In this document: in pieces, positions 46,847 to 56,932 of the stretch | Layout of the letters: each line of letters opens with the position of its first letter | How positions within the stretch are numbered: the first letter of the stretch is position 1 | Origin: Candidatus Latescibacterota bacterium | Lineage (GTDB): Bacteria; Latescibacterota; UBA2968 | Length of the DNA: 64,000 nt | NCBI GenBank assembly: GCA_965232265.1 | Contig: CBDDPH010000002.1 | Span: 434,257 to 498,256 of the forward strand | Direction: 5' to 3' | The notes under the pieces: generated by a model | What the model was told of the DNA's origin: nothing | The model's input: the letters and a program-made list of their open reading frames with translations, nothing else | Database searches by the model: none | Program-made: the position numbers and the translations under genes

Positions 46847-48835
46847 ATGGCCCTTCCCGAATCCCTGTCTCCCACATCTGAAGATGCCCAACGAAAAGCG
46901 GCGCGTATTACGCCTCGCAGTGTCGCGCTGGGGCTTTTGATTTCTTGTCTGGCGAGTGCATGGGTGACGTATTCCCGCACGGCTGCAAATACTTCCGCGG
47001 TCAATATTACCCATCTTCCGGTTTCTATTTTTGCGATTTTTCTGTGCGTTTTTATTGCCAATACGCTTTTGAAGATTCGGTTCGATAGACAAGGTCTGGC
47101 TTCCCGTGAACTGGCTGTTATTTTCGCGATGGGCCTGATTGGGGCGATTATTCCCGCACGCGGGTTGACCGGTGTCTGGCTGGGGCTGATGGCCGCGCCT
47201 TATTATCTGGCAACGCCGGAGAACGGGTGGATTGACAATGTTCAGCCCTATCTTCCGCCGTATCTTTTTCCGTCTAATGATCACCAGCAAACGACGTTTT
47301 TGTACGAGGGCTTGCCATCTGGGGTGTCCATTCCGTGGGAGGTGTGGATCGGTCCGATTTTCTGGTGGGTTACGCTGATTTTGGCCGGGTTTGTGGTGTG
47401 TTTTTGTCTGGTGGTTATTCTTCGCAAGCAATGGGTTGAGAGCGAGCGTCTGGATTATCCCTTGCTCGCACCTGTTCTCGAGATGGTTGCAGAGACGCGC
47501 GATTCTTCGGGTCGAAGCGGTTGGCCGATCCTTTTTCGGGGGTATCTCTTTTGGATTGGTTTTGGGCTGGCGTTTGGGATTATCGGATGGAATATTATTA
47601 CTTATTTTTATACGACGGTTCCCCGCATTAGCATGAGTCCAAATGGCGGGCTTTTTTATTTTGCGCGTCTTTTCCCGCCTTTGTTGACACATCTTAATAC
47701 TTATACGATTGGCTTTGGATATTTTGTCAATCTGGAAATTCTTTTTTCGATCTGGTTCTTTCACTTTGTGCTGATGGGCGAGATCGCGCTTATTCGGAAG
47801 ACGGGTTTTCAGTTTGGGCGGATGCACCAGAAGGGCGGTGGATGGGGCGATCCCCTGGTGCAGTGGCAGTGTATGGGCGCGCTTTTTGTGTTTGTGGGCT
47901 GGGGGCTGTGGACTGCGCGGCGGCATTTGAAGGCGGTTTTCAGGAAGGCTTGGAATGACGATCCCGATGTGGATGATACGAATGAGCTTCTCTCATACCG
48001 CACGGCTGTGATTGGCCTGATTGTCGGCGTTGCCTATATCATAGCCTATCTTTTGAAGGCGGGGGTTGCGCCGGGTCTTTTGATGGTTACGATACCGGCG
48101 GCGATCGTTATTTATATCGCGCTTGCCCGTTTTGTGTGCGAGTCGGGCACGCTGTATCTGGGTATTCCCACGACGCCTCTGAATATGGGTTTTCAACTGA
48201 TCGGTACGGTTACGATTGATCCGAGGACGATTGCCGTGGGCTCTACGGCTCACGCGCTGCGCTGGATGCTGTTTATGCCAGCTCTGTCGCAGAATGCCAA
48301 AGTTTTTGACCGCGTGCCGGGCAATAAGCGCGCGCTTTTCTGGGTGCTGCTTTTGGGGTTGGTCGGCGCGCTTGTGGTCAATATTTCGATGGTGCTCTAT
48401 CTGGGCTATACACACGGGGCGTACAATTTTACGGAGTATCCGTTTACCCGGTACGCGCCCCGGCTGTACGATGCGATTGTTACGAAGATCAAATCGCCCG
48501 AGCCGGCTTCATGGGAGCGGGTGGTGCTGTTCGGCTTTGGGGGCCTCATTTTTGCGATTCTCACGGCACTTCGGTATCGCCTGCCCTGGTGGCCCATTCA
48601 TCCCGTGGGTTTTATTATCACGACGACGAGTATTCTGCACGAGATTACGTCGCTTATTATTGTCTGGCTGTTCAAAGCTATTGTGATCCGGGTGGGTGGT
48701 GTGTCCCTTTACGAAAAATATCGCCCGCTCTTTTTTGGGATTATTGCGGGGAGGGCGACGGGGGTGCTCGTTTCGTTTGTTGTCGATTTGATCTGGTTTC
48801 CCGGGGGTGGACACGGGGTGCATGGTTGGGCGTGA
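46847..48835 (+). CDS. Uncharacterised polytopic membrane protein, paralog of 19085..21070
   Basis: Collinear similarity with the first copy throughout (see that entry). Confidence 0.5.
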   Translation: MALPESLSPTSEDAQRKAARITPRSVALGLLISCLASAWVTYSRTAANTSAVNITHLPVSIFAIFLCVFIANTLLKIRFDRQGLASRELAVIFAMGLIGAIIPARGLTGVWLGLMAAPYYLATPENGWIDNVQPYLPPYLFPSNDHQQTTFLYEGLPSGVSIPWEVWIGPIFWWVTLILAGFVVCFCLVVILRKQWVESERLDYPLLAPVLEMVAETRDSSGRSGWPILFRGYLFWIGFGLAFGIIGWNIITYFYTTVPRISMSPNGGLFYFARLFPPLLTHLNTYTIGFGYFVNLEILFSIWFFHFVLMGEIALIRKTGFQFGRMHQKGGGWGDPLVQWQCMGALFVFVGWGLWTARRHLKAVFRKAWNDDPDVDDTNELLSYRTAVIGLIVGVAYIIAYLLKAGVAPGLLMVTIPAAIVIYIALARFVCESGTLYLGIPTTPLNMGFQLIGTVTIDPRTIAVGSTAHALRWMLFMPALSQNAKVFDRVPGNKRALFWVLLLGLVGALVVNISMVLYLGYTHGAYNFTEYPFTRYAPRLYDAIVTKIKSPEPASWERVVLFGFGGLIFAILTALRYRLPWWPIHPVGFIITTTSILHEITSLIIVWLFKAIVIRVGGVSLYEKYRPLFFGIIAGRATGVLVSFVVDLIWFPGGGHGVHGWA

Positions 48836-48850
48836 GGGGAAGTGTGAAGT

Positions 48851-48893
48851 AAAAAACAAAAGCCCCGTTTGACCTTTGTCAGACGGGGCTTTC
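48851..48893. terminator. Bidirectional intrinsic terminator between convergent membrane-protein gene (+) and KA-rich gene (-)
   Basis: A-run, 12-bp stem GCCCCGTTTGAC/GTCAGACGGGGC, T-run. Confidence 0.5.
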
Positions 48894-48918
48894 GATATTG
48901 GCGGCTATATCTGCGGTG

Positions 48919-50184
48919 TCAAGCGTTCTTCAAGGCATTTACCGCTTCGATCAATCGCCGGTCGGCTTTGTAGCGCAATTCTAAGATCGCGTCTATGTCC
49001 GATAGTGCGTTGGACTCGGCCTGCAGACGGCACACATCAATGCGGTCTGACAGGGCATTCATGACCACGTCGAGCAACATCAAATCTGTGACATCGTCAG
49101 CAACCATACACTCATCGGCCAGAACCTTGCGGATCATTTCCAGGGGTTTTTTGAGTGCCTCGGCGTCTGGGATGGATTCTCTATTTCCATTGTTGACCAG
49201 TTCGGGCGACAAGCTGCCGAGAAAGCCTTCGCTGATAAATTGCCGGGTTTTGTTTTCGGTCCACGATTGCGCCAATATTTGTGTCAATCTGCTCGACGGT
49301 TGATCGGGTTTCTTCTCTCGACTGCGATCGCTGCTGCGCTTTGAAGGCCGCTGCTTGTTCTGATTGCTTTGTTCGTTGCGCTGGCGTCCTTTTGGTGGGC
49401 GAGACACATTGCGCGTATTTTCTTTTTTCGGTTCTTCTGTTTTGGGCTTATCCTGCGTGCTCTGAACAGGTGTTTCGGTTCGCGCTTGCGGTTGTGCTTC
49501 TGGCTCCGCAGATGTTTGAACGGTTTTTTCCTCTGTGTTCGCGTCCTGCCGTCGCGTGGGTTGAGCAGGTGCGCTTACACCGGCGTGATCTTCCCAGCCA
49601 ATTGGAGCTGATCGCTTTGTCCGACGTCCCCATTGCATTTCTTCTGGTTGCACATCCTGGGGCGTTTGTGTTTGCGCGGTTTCTGCCTCTTTTCGATTCT
49701 GTTCGGCGGAAGCCTTTGCTTCGACCTTTTCCCTTTCCCTGCGCTGTCTGGATGGTGGCGAGGAGATCACCGTGCGCTCTTCCTGTGTGGCAGGCATTTC
49801 AGCCTTTTTTGCAGGCTTCTTGGCTTGCTGCGCTGGTTCCTTGGCCTGTTTTACAGCCTTTTTTGCAGGCTTCTTGGACGATTGCTTTTTCGATACACGC
49901 GGTGTAGAAGACCTGGTGTTCGTTTTCTTGGCCGGCTTCTTGGCCGGCTTCTTGGCCGTTTTTTTCGTCGCCTGCTTTTTGGCCGGCTTCTTAGCTGATC
50001 GTTTTTTTGTGGCACGCGGTGTAGAAGATCTGGTGTTCGTTTTCTTAGCTGGCTTTTTGGCTGTTTTTTTCGTCGCCTGCTTTTTTGACGGACGTTTTGC
50101 TTTTTTTGCTGTGGATGTCGCGCCTTGTGTTTCCCGAGGTTCTTCAGCCTGTGTTTTCACTTTTGCCATAATTTCCTTTCGCAA
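48919..50184 (-). CDS. Lys/Ala-rich histone-H1-like (AKKPAKK repeat) basic protein with acidic middle region and conserved helical C-terminal domain
   Basis: N-terminal 150 aa almost entirely K/A/T/P (KKTAKKPAKK repeats) including a duplicated 39-aa unit; C-terminal ~120 aa non-repetitive. Confidence 0.5.
   Translation of the reverse strand: MRKEIMAKVKTQAEEPRETQGATSTAKKAKRPSKKQATKKTAKKPAKKTNTRSSTPRATKKRSAKKPAKKQATKKTAKKPAKKPAKKTNTRSSTPRVSKKQSSKKPAKKAVKQAKEPAQQAKKPAKKAEMPATQEERTVISSPPSRQRREREKVEAKASAEQNRKEAETAQTQTPQDVQPEEMQWGRRTKRSAPIGWEDHAGVSAPAQPTRRQDANTEEKTVQTSAEPEAQPQARTETPVQSTQDKPKTEEPKKENTRNVSRPPKGRQRNEQSNQNKQRPSKRSSDRSREKKPDQPSSRLTQILAQSWTENKTRQFISEGFLGSLSPELVNNGNRESIPDAEALKKPLEMIRKVLADECMVADDVTDLMLLDVVMNALSDRIDVCRLQAESNALSDIDAILELRYKADRRLIEAVNALKNA
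49890..50125 (-). repeat. Two tandem 117-nt repeats (~90% identical) encoding TNTRSSTPR.(S/T)KK...AKKPAKK units
   Basis: Direct DNA repeat acgcggtgtagaaga(c/t)ctggtgttcgttttctt(g/a)gc... Confidence 0.6.
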
Positions 50185-50253
50185 ATGGTTAGCTCAAATT
50201 TGGTTTAAGTCTTTGCATAATATAGACAAAATTGCCCACAATTTCAACCAGAC

Positions 50254-50281
50254 ACAAAAAAAGGGCTGACCAACGGCCAGC
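50254..50281 (-). terminator. Rho-independent terminator of groES-groEL (GGGCTGGCC-GTT-GGTCAGCCC followed by U7)
   Basis: Read on minus strand immediately after the groEL stop. Confidence 0.6.
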
Positions 50282-50317
50282 CCTTTGTGGAGATTGTGCA
50301 TATTTTGACAGTCCGAT

Positions 50318-51937
50318 TTAGTGCATGTGCCCGTGATCATCCATGTGTGCAGCACCCTGGTTTTCTTCTGGCATATCTGTTACCAGGGCTTCGGTTGTCA
50401 ATAACAATCCCGCGATGGACGCAGCATTTTCGATTGCGGTACGCACCACTTTTGTGGGGTCAATCACACCGGAATCTACTAGGTCTTCATATTGCTCAGT
50501 GCGGGCATTAAACCCGTAAGCACCTTCGCCTTCGTTCACTTTTTGCACGACGAGGCTGCCTTCTACGCCAGCATTATCGGCTATCTGACGCAGCGGTGCT
50601 TGCAGTGCGCGACGCACGATATCCACGCCTGTGCTCTGGTCGCCATGCACATTTGTTTCGTCTAATGCGCCAAGGCTGCGCAGGAGGGCGACTCCGCCAC
50701 CGGGTACGATGCCTTCTTCGACAGCAGCACGCACGGAGTGGAGCGCGTCTTCGACGCGGGCTTTCTTTTCTTTCATTTCTGTTTCGGTTGCCGCACCAAC
50801 GTTGATGACGGCCACACCTCCGGCCAATTTTGCCAATCGCTCTTCGAGTTTTTCGCGGTCGTAGTCAGAGGTGGTGTCTTCAATCTGCCGACGAATCTGG
50901 CTCGTTCGACCCTGAATATCGGCTATAGATCCCGCGCCTTCTACGATTGTGCTGTTGTCTTTGTCGATGACTACGCGCTTGGCCTGCCCGAGGTCGCTAA
51001 TTTCGACGTTTTCGAGCCTAATGCCGAGGTCTTCCGTTATCACGCGCCCACCTGTCAGGACGGCGATGTCATCCAACATTTCTTTGCGGCGGTCGCCATA
51101 TCCCGGTGCTTTTACCGCACAGGCGGCGAGTGTGCCGCGCACTTTGTTGACGACAAAAGTGGCGAGGGCTTCACCTTCGACGTCTTCGGCAATGACCAGA
51201 AGCGGCTTGCCAGCACCGGCGACTTTTTCGAGGAGAGGCAACAAGTCGTTCATGTTTGACAACTTTGCCTCGTGAATGAGGATCAGCGCGTCTTCCAGTA
51301 TGGCTTCCATGTTTTCCTGATCGGTCACAAAATAGGGCGACAGATAACCGCGGTCAAACTGCATTCCTTCGACCACATCCAGCGTTGTCTCGATGCTTTT
51401 GGCCTCTTCGACTGTGATTGTGCCGTCTTTGCCGACTTTGTCCATTGCATCGGCTATAATTTCGCCAATGCTGCTGTCGCTGTTGGCGGATATTGTCCCT
51501 ACTTGTGCAATTGAGTTGCGATCTTTTACCGGCTGGCTCTGGTCTCCCAGTGCTCTGACTACGGATGCAACAGCCGCGTCGATGCCGCGCTTGAGGTCCA
51601 TCGGGTTGGCTCCGGCGGTCACATTTCGCAAGCCTTCGCGGAAAATCGCTTCGGCGAGTACTGTCGCTGTGGTTGTGCCGTCGCCCGCAATGTCAGAAGT
51701 CTTGGAGGCGACTTCTTTGACCATTTGCACACCCATGTTTTCGTAAGCGTCTTCGAGTTCGATTTCTTTTGCTACAGTCACGCCGTCTTTTGTTACGGTG
51801 GGGGATCCCCAGGATTTGGCGACAACCACATTTCGTCCAGCAGGTCCCAACGTGGCTTTCACGGCTTTGCTCAAGAGCGTTACGCCATCGAGAATACGCT
51901 CGCGAGCGTCTATTCCATAGGCAATCTGTTTTGCCAT
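50318..51937 (-). CDS. groEL: Chaperonin GroEL, with His-rich C-terminal tail (…[11 protein letters not shown]) instead of a GGM repeat
   Basis: Full-length canonical GroEL sequence. Confidence 0.95.
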   Translation of the reverse strand: MAKQIAYGIDARERILDGVTLLSKAVKATLGPAGRNVVVAKSWGSPTVTKDGVTVAKEIELEDAYENMGVQMVKEVASKTSDIAGDGTTTATVLAEAIFREGLRNVTAGANPMDLKRGIDAAVASVVRALGDQSQPVKDRNSIAQVGTISANSDSSIGEIIADAMDKVGKDGTITVEEAKSIETTLDVVEGMQFDRGYLSPYFVTDQENMEAILEDALILIHEAKLSNMNDLLPLLEKVAGAGKPLLVIAEDVEGEALATFVVNKVRGTLAACAVKAPGYGDRRKEMLDDIAVLTGGRVITEDLGIRLENVEISDLGQAKRVVIDKDNSTIVEGAGSIADIQGRTSQIRRQIEDTTSDYDREKLEERLAKLAGGVAVINVGAATETEMKEKKARVEDALHSVRAAVEEGIVPGGGVALLRSLGALDETNVHGDQSTGVDIVRRALQAPLRQIADNAGVEGSLVVQKVNEGEGAYGFNARTEQYEDLVDSGVIDPTKVVRTAIENAASIAGLLLTTEALVTDMPEENQGAAHMDDHGHMH

Positions 51938-51952
51938 AACACCAATCTCCTT

Positions 51953-52240
51953 CTACTGAATAATGCCCAATACGTCGTCTTCGTTTACGATTACGTACTC
52001 ATCGCCGTCAACTTCTATTTCTGTGCCGGCGTATTTGCCTATCAAAATTTTTTCCCCAGATTTTACCGCTGGCGCAATTACATCGCCATTCTTATTGCGT
52101 TTGCCCGGTCCAACGGCAATGACTTCTGCTTCCTGAGGCGTTTCCTTCGCGGTATCGGGGATGATAATGCCTCCCTTCACCTGCTCCTCAGCATCCACCC
52201 GTCGCACCAGAATGCGATCGGAAAGCGGACGGATATTCAT
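51953..52240 (-). CDS. groES: Co-chaperonin GroES
   Basis: MNIRPLSDRILVRRVDAEE... Confidence 0.9.
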   Translation of the reverse strand: MNIRPLSDRILVRRVDAEEQVKGGIIIPDTAKETPQEAEVIAVGPGKRNKNGDVIAPAVKSGEKILIGKYAGTEIEVDGDEYVIVNEDDVLGIIQ

Positions 52241-52300
52241 GGGAACCCTCCTTGAACGACAGTTGGTTAAATGTAATAAATTTAATTCTTTAGTATGTTG

Positions 52301-52327
52301 TTAGCCACTCATATTTTTGAGTGCTAA
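52301..52327 (-). promoter_or_regulatory. CIRCE-like HrcA operator upstream of groES (gene strand: TTAGCACTC-N9-AGTGGCTAA; right arm shifted by one base relative to consensus)
   Basis: Matches TTAGCACTC-N9-GAGTGCTAA consensus except for a one-base register change. Confidence 0.6.
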
Positions 52328-52426
52328 GGGGGGAAAATATATAGAAGCACCAATATTTGTGCAAGTGGAAAAGTGAGATCTGCAGATGGACGCAGATGAA
52401 GAAGAAGGGCTGGGACGTGTAAACGA

Positions 52427-52460
52427 CTGTAGGGGCGAGGCATGCCTCGCCCGTCATTGC
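52427..52460 (+). repeat. Partial REP-like element copy E (CTGTAG-GGGCGAGGCATGCCTCGCCC-GTCATTGC), lacking the second hairpin
   Basis: Shares the CTGTAGGGG leader and GTCATTGC joint; perfect 10-bp palindrome. Confidence 0.35.
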
Positions 52461-52930
52461 TACATTTCAGCCAGTTTTGTTTTTTTCTGGGCCAATACTT
52501 TTTCCAGATGATCAATTTGTTCTTTGAGCAGTTCGGGGGTTTCTGGCGCGCCCGTTTCTTCCGGTGGCGGTGGGATTTCAGCTGGCAAATGCGCGTCTTC
52601 CCAATCCCCGTATCCGCCGTCCATTGAGATTACGTTTTCGTATCCCAGGGCTTTCAGGGTTTCGCCAGCGAGGAGGGATCGCACGCCGCCTGCACAGATT
52701 ACAATGACTTCACGCGATTTGTCGGGCAGTGCCGATTCTGCTTTGTATTCCAATTCTCCGCGCGGTATGTGTACTGATCCTTTTAAGTATCCGCGCTCCC
52801 ATTCATCCAGTCCGCGCACGTCGAGTAATACGGAATCATTGCCCTCGTTCAAATGCTCATGTACTTCCTGCACGGTCATTTCCGGGATATTTTGACGCGC
52901 ATCATCCAGCAAGTTTTCACGCGACTTCAT
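52460..52930 (-). CDS. Rhodanese-domain sulfurtransferase (single domain, active-site Cys in VICAGGVRS)
   Basis: Rhodanese fold motifs DVRGLDEWERGYLKGSVHIP and CAGGVRS. Confidence 0.7.
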   Translation of the reverse strand: MKSRENLLDDARQNIPEMTVQEVHEHLNEGNDSVLLDVRGLDEWERGYLKGSVHIPRGELEYKAESALPDKSREVIVICAGGVRSLLAGETLKALGYENVISMDGGYGDWEDAHLPAEIPPPPEETGAPETPELLKEQIDHLEKVLAQKKTKLAEM

Positions 52931-52951
52931 AAACGTATCTCCTCATTGCTT

Positions 52952-55900
52952 TTAAACTCTTCCATGGCAGTGTTTGTACTTTTTTCCACTGCCACACGGA
53001 CACGGCGCATTTCGTCCCACCTTTTTTTCAACGCGCACGGGCTGTTTTTTGGGCGCATCGCCTTCTGTTGAATTGGCGGTCAATTCATCAGTGCCGGGTT
53101 CGGGCATGCCGGCAAAGCCCATTCCCGTGGCATCGCGGTGTTCCAATGACAGGCGTGCGGGCTGCTGAGTGCGCGGTTGTGCGGGTGTTTCTTCAACGGA
53201 AATGCGGAATAACAGTCGCAGGGTTTCGCGGTTGATGTCTTCGAGCAATGCGACAAACATTTCATACCCTTCGCGCTTGTACTCGATCAACGGATTTTTT
53301 TGTCCATAACCGCGAAGGCCAATGCCCTCTTTCAGGTCGTCCATCTCGCGGAGGTGTTCTTTCCATTTTTCATCAAAGATGCTCAGGTAGATCATGCGTT
53401 CTATCTGGCGCATGCGGTCTTCCCCAAGGACCCTTTCGCGACGGTCATAAGCCTCGCGAATCCCGCGCAACACGCGATCTCGCAAACCCGATTCGCGCAG
53501 TTGGGGCAGGTCTTCATCGGGTATGACGGGTGACTGCAAAAACACATGGCGCAAGTCGTTCATCAAGCCATCAAAATGCCAGTCTTCGGGATGTGCGTCG
53601 GGCGGTATGTGAATATCGAGTAGTGCATCCACGGTTTCGTCGATCATTTCGCTGATCATCGCCGATATATCTTCTTCTTCCAGCGCGTGTCTGCGTCTGT
53701 CGTAAATCACTTCGCGCTGTTGATTCATGACGTCGTCGTAATCCAGCACCTGTTTTCGAAATTCAAAATTGCGCGCTTCAACCCGTTTTTGCGCGGTTTC
53801 AATGGATTTTGTCACCCAACTGTGTTCGATCACTTCGCCTTCTTCGGCGCCCAAGCGGTCCATGACGCGGGCGATGCGCTCGGATCCAAATAGACGCATC
53901 AAATCGTCTTCCAGTGAGATGAAAAACCGCGAGCTTCCCGGGTCTCCTTGCCGTCCAGCGCGACCGCGAAGCTGCCGGTCGATGCGCCGGGATTCGTGTC
54001 GTTCAGTGCCGATAATATTCAATCCACACGGGACTTCATCCCGACATCCGTATTTGTCTATGTAGGGACACAGGGGCCGGGTGTTATCGGGATCTGCAAT
54101 CAATGCACACTGGTGTTCTTCGGGTGCTTTTATGACGCCGGGTCCCAGTTTGATATCTGTGCCGCGCCCGGCCATATTGGTTGCAATTGTCACGGCACCG
54201 GGTTGCCCCGCCTGCGCGATGATCTGCGCTTCTTGTACATTTTGACGGGCATTGAGTACCTGGTGTTTGATTTTTTTGCGCGCGAGCATCCGCGAAATCA
54301 ATTCGGAGGTTTCAACGGAGATTGTGCCGACCAGGACTGGCAATTTTTGTTCGTGCAAATGCACGATTTCATCGAGCAGGGCATTGTATTTTTCGCGTTT
54401 TGTGCGGTAGATCCAATCGTTAGAATCGATGCGGCGCACCGGCTCATGCGTTGGAATTGCCACCACATCGAGCTTGTAGATTTGATGAAATTCTTCGGAT
54501 TCTGTTTCGGCAGTACCCGTCATTCCCGCCAGTCGGTCGTAGAGGCGGAAGTAATTTTGCAACGTAATGGTTGCCACTGTTTGCGTGTCGCGTTCGACTT
54601 TTACCTTTTCTTTTGCCTCCAATGCCTGGTGCAAACCGTCCGCAAAACGGCGTCCGGGCTGTGGCCGTCCCGTAAATTCATCCACGATGACGACCTTGCC
54701 GTCGTCGATCATATATTGCACGTCTTTTTCGTACAGAGAATAGGCTTGCAATAATTTTCGCACGCTGTGGATGGACTCGTTCTTTTCTCCGTAGTCCTGA
54801 TAAGCGGCTTCTTTTGCGTGGTCTTTGTCTGAGTCGGATAGCGATTTATTTTCTTCGATATCCCGAAGTACTTCATCGAGGTCTGGCAATACGAAATCGT
54901 CTGGATTGCGGCTGATTTCGTCGCGTCCATTTTCTGTGAGGTCGATGATGTGGCTTTTTTCATCGATGCTAAAATAGAGGTCATCGTCCAGTTCCCCGGT
55001 GCGTTTGTCGCGGATATAATCGGCTTCGACCCGCTGCACGAGGCGTTTGATGCCCTCTTCTTGAAGTCGCTTCATGAAGCGGCTGTTTTTGGGCATTCCG
55101 CGCTGAACCTGCAATAACAAGATGCCGGCCTCGTATTCGTCGCCAGATTCGAGTTCTTCTTCTGCATCTTTTAAAATATTGTTTACGACTCGGGTTTGGG
55201 CGCGTACCAATTTTTCGACCAGCGGACGCATTTCTTCATACCGATGCGACGAGGATTCCGACACGGGTCCAGAAATGATCAGCGGCGTGCGCGCCTCGTC
55301 GATCAGGATGCTATCTACTTCGTCGATAATTGCAAAATAGTGCTCGCGCTGTATCAGGTCTTCGGGGCGAATCGCCATGTTATCGTAGAGGTAATCAAAA
55401 CCAAATTGGTCTTTGGTGCCGTACACGATATCCATGAGACAGGCGTCTTTGTGGTCGCATGGGCGCATGCGATACCCGTCTTTCCCCTCTTCTTCCATTA
55501 TAAAACCTTCCACGCCCAATGCGCGGTCCTGAATGACGCCTACGGTGAGGCCCAGGAACAAATACACAGGTCCCAGCCACATGGCGTCGCGCTTGGCGAG
55601 GTAGGAGTTTACGGTGACGAGATGCACGCCGCGCCCGAGCAAGCCGTTTAAGTACAGGGCCAGACCCGCGGCCAATGTCTTGCCTTCGCCCGTGGCCATT
55701 TCGGCGATTTTGCCCTGATGCAATACGGTGGCGCCGATCAATTGCACGTCGTAAGGTATTTCGTGCCATACAATTTGATCGCCAGCCCGGTCCCAGGACT
55801 TCTCCCGCTCTTTGAAGCGGCGACACGTTTCCTTAAAGACGGCATAAGCCTCTGGATGGATTTCATCGAGTACGTCGCGCTCAATATCCTTGATTTCGGC

Positions 55901-56170
55901 TTCGATTTCGGCAATGGCTTCCAATTGTTCGGTGCGGTCTTCGTCTCGCTGCAATGCGGCCAATTCTTCTCTGAGCTGATTGAGATGTTTTTGAGCCTCA
56001 TCAGTCGCTTCGGCTATGCGTGCGCGAAATTCGACTGTTTTGCCTTTTAATGCCTCGTCGGACAAAGAGGCATATTCTTCGTAGAGTTGATTAATTTTAT
56101 CCACGATCGGTTGCATTTTCTTTACGTCCCGATCGTGTTTGCTGCCGAAAATTTTTGTTAGAAAATTCAT
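52952..56170 (-). CDS. secA: Preprotein translocase ATPase SecA, with C-terminal CPCGSGKKYKHCHG zinc finger
   Basis: Canonical SecA N-terminus and DEAD-motor motifs. Confidence 0.95.
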   Translation of the reverse strand: MNFLTKIFGSKHDRDVKKMQPIVDKINQLYEEYASLSDEALKGKTVEFRARIAEATDEAQKHLNQLREELAALQRDEDRTEQLEAIAEIEAEIKDIERDVLDEIHPEAYAVFKETCRRFKEREKSWDRAGDQIVWHEIPYDVQLIGATVLHQGKIAEMATGEGKTLAAGLALYLNGLLGRGVHLVTVNSYLAKRDAMWLGPVYLFLGLTVGVIQDRALGVEGFIMEEEGKDGYRMRPCDHKDACLMDIVYGTKDQFGFDYLYDNMAIRPEDLIQREHYFAIIDEVDSILIDEARTPLIISGPVSESSSHRYEEMRPLVEKLVRAQTRVVNNILKDAEEELESGDEYEAGILLLQVQRGMPKNSRFMKRLQEEGIKRLVQRVEADYIRDKRTGELDDDLYFSIDEKSHIIDLTENGRDEISRNPDDFVLPDLDEVLRDIEENKSLSDSDKDHAKEAAYQDYGEKNESIHSVRKLLQAYSLYEKDVQYMIDDGKVVIVDEFTGRPQPGRRFADGLHQALEAKEKVKVERDTQTVATITLQNYFRLYDRLAGMTGTAETESEEFHQIYKLDVVAIPTHEPVRRIDSNDWIYRTKREKYNALLDEIVHLHEQKLPVLVGTISVETSELISRMLARKKIKHQVLNARQNVQEAQIIAQAGQPGAVTIATNMAGRGTDIKLGPGVIKAPEEHQCALIADPDNTRPLCPYIDKYGCRDEVPCGLNIIGTERHESRRIDRQLRGRAGRQGDPGSSRFFISLEDDLMRLFGSERIARVMDRLGAEEGEVIEHSWVTKSIETAQKRVEARNFEFRKQVLDYDDVMNQQREVIYDRRRHALEEEDISAMISEMIDETVDALLDIHIPPDAHPEDWHFDGLMNDLRHVFLQSPVIPDEDLPQLRESGLRDRVLRGIREAYDRRERVLGEDRMRQIERMIYLSIFDEKWKEHLREMDDLKEGIGLRGYGQKNPLIEYKREGYEMFVALLEDINRETLRLLFRISVEETPAQPRTQQPARLSLEHRDATGMGFAGMPEPGTDELTANSTEGDAPKKQPVRVEKKVGRNAPCPCGSGKKYKHCHGRV

Positions 56171-56197
56171 TGTGATTATCCTGTGGATAATGAGGTG

Positions 56198-56932
56198 TCA
56201 CATCCCCAGTTCGATGCGTTCGGCCAAAAAAGGTGGAAGCCCCGCAGATAGAATTTTGGCCTGTGCTGTCGCCACATCGTAAGACACGCGGCGCAATTGG
56301 AGGTTCCCATTTTCCCGATCCCAAACGACAAAAGCCGCCCGCGCATCGCCGTCGCGAGGTTGTCCTACACTGCCGACATTTACGAGATAGCGGTCATTGT
56401 CGGATAACTGCACTTCTCCTTCGCGCGTAAGTACTGTTTTTTGAGATGCCGAGCACACAAATGCGCGATGAGAATGCCCGACAAAACACATCTCGAAATG
56501 GGTTTGAGCGAGCATTGACCAGCCATCTTCGGGGTCGAATAAATAGTGCCACAACTCGGGTTCGATTGGCGAAGCGTGGGCATAACAATAAGCAGATTCA
56601 TTTTGAAAGGGTTGGTAAGAACGCAATAGCGAGGCGTTTTCATCACTTAGCACCTGAACAGTCCATTGAATTGCCGCCAGTGCCACGGGATTAAAAAACC
56701 CCGGATCTTCCAGGCCCACAGCCGCCCAATCGTGATTGCCCGCCAGCACGAGGTCCGATACTTCGCGCACGCGCTCTATACACTCATTGGGATCTGCGCC
56801 GTATCCGACCATGTCGCCCAAACATATAATCCGATCCACCTGCGCTTCTGCAATTTTTTCCAGCACGGTTTGCAAGGCTTCGAGGTTTCCGTGTACATCT
56901 GAGAAAATCGCAATGCGTCCAATATTATCCAT
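56198..56932 (-). CDS. Metallophosphoesterase (MJ0936/YfcE-like); likely start [16 protein letters not shown]
   Basis: DVHGN, GDMVGYG, GNHD, GHSH calcineurin-like motifs. Confidence 0.6.
   Translation of the reverse strand: MDNIGRIAIFSDVHGNLEALQTVLEKIAEAQVDRIICLGDMVGYGADPNECIERVREVSDLVLAGNHDWAAVGLEDPGFFNPVALAAIQWTVQVLSDENASLLRSYQPFQNESAYCYAHASPIEPELWHYLFDPEDGWSMLAQTHFEMCFVGHSHRAFVCSASQKTVLTREGEVQLSDNDRYLVNVGSVGQPRDGDARAAFVVWDRENGNLQLRRVSYDVATAQAKILSAGLPPFLAERIELGM

Noticed and set aside
46760-47926. 388-aa minus-strand ORF inside the second membrane-protein paralog
   Set aside because: The plus-strand ORF is collinear with its paralog at 19085..21070. The minus ORF is a basic low-complexity shadow.
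49281-50269. Plus-strand ORFs (208, 121, 165 aa) across the KA-rich gene
   Set aside because: Antisense translations of the lysine-codon repeat region give Phe/Leu/Gly-rich artefacts. The minus-strand reading has a coherent domain organisation.
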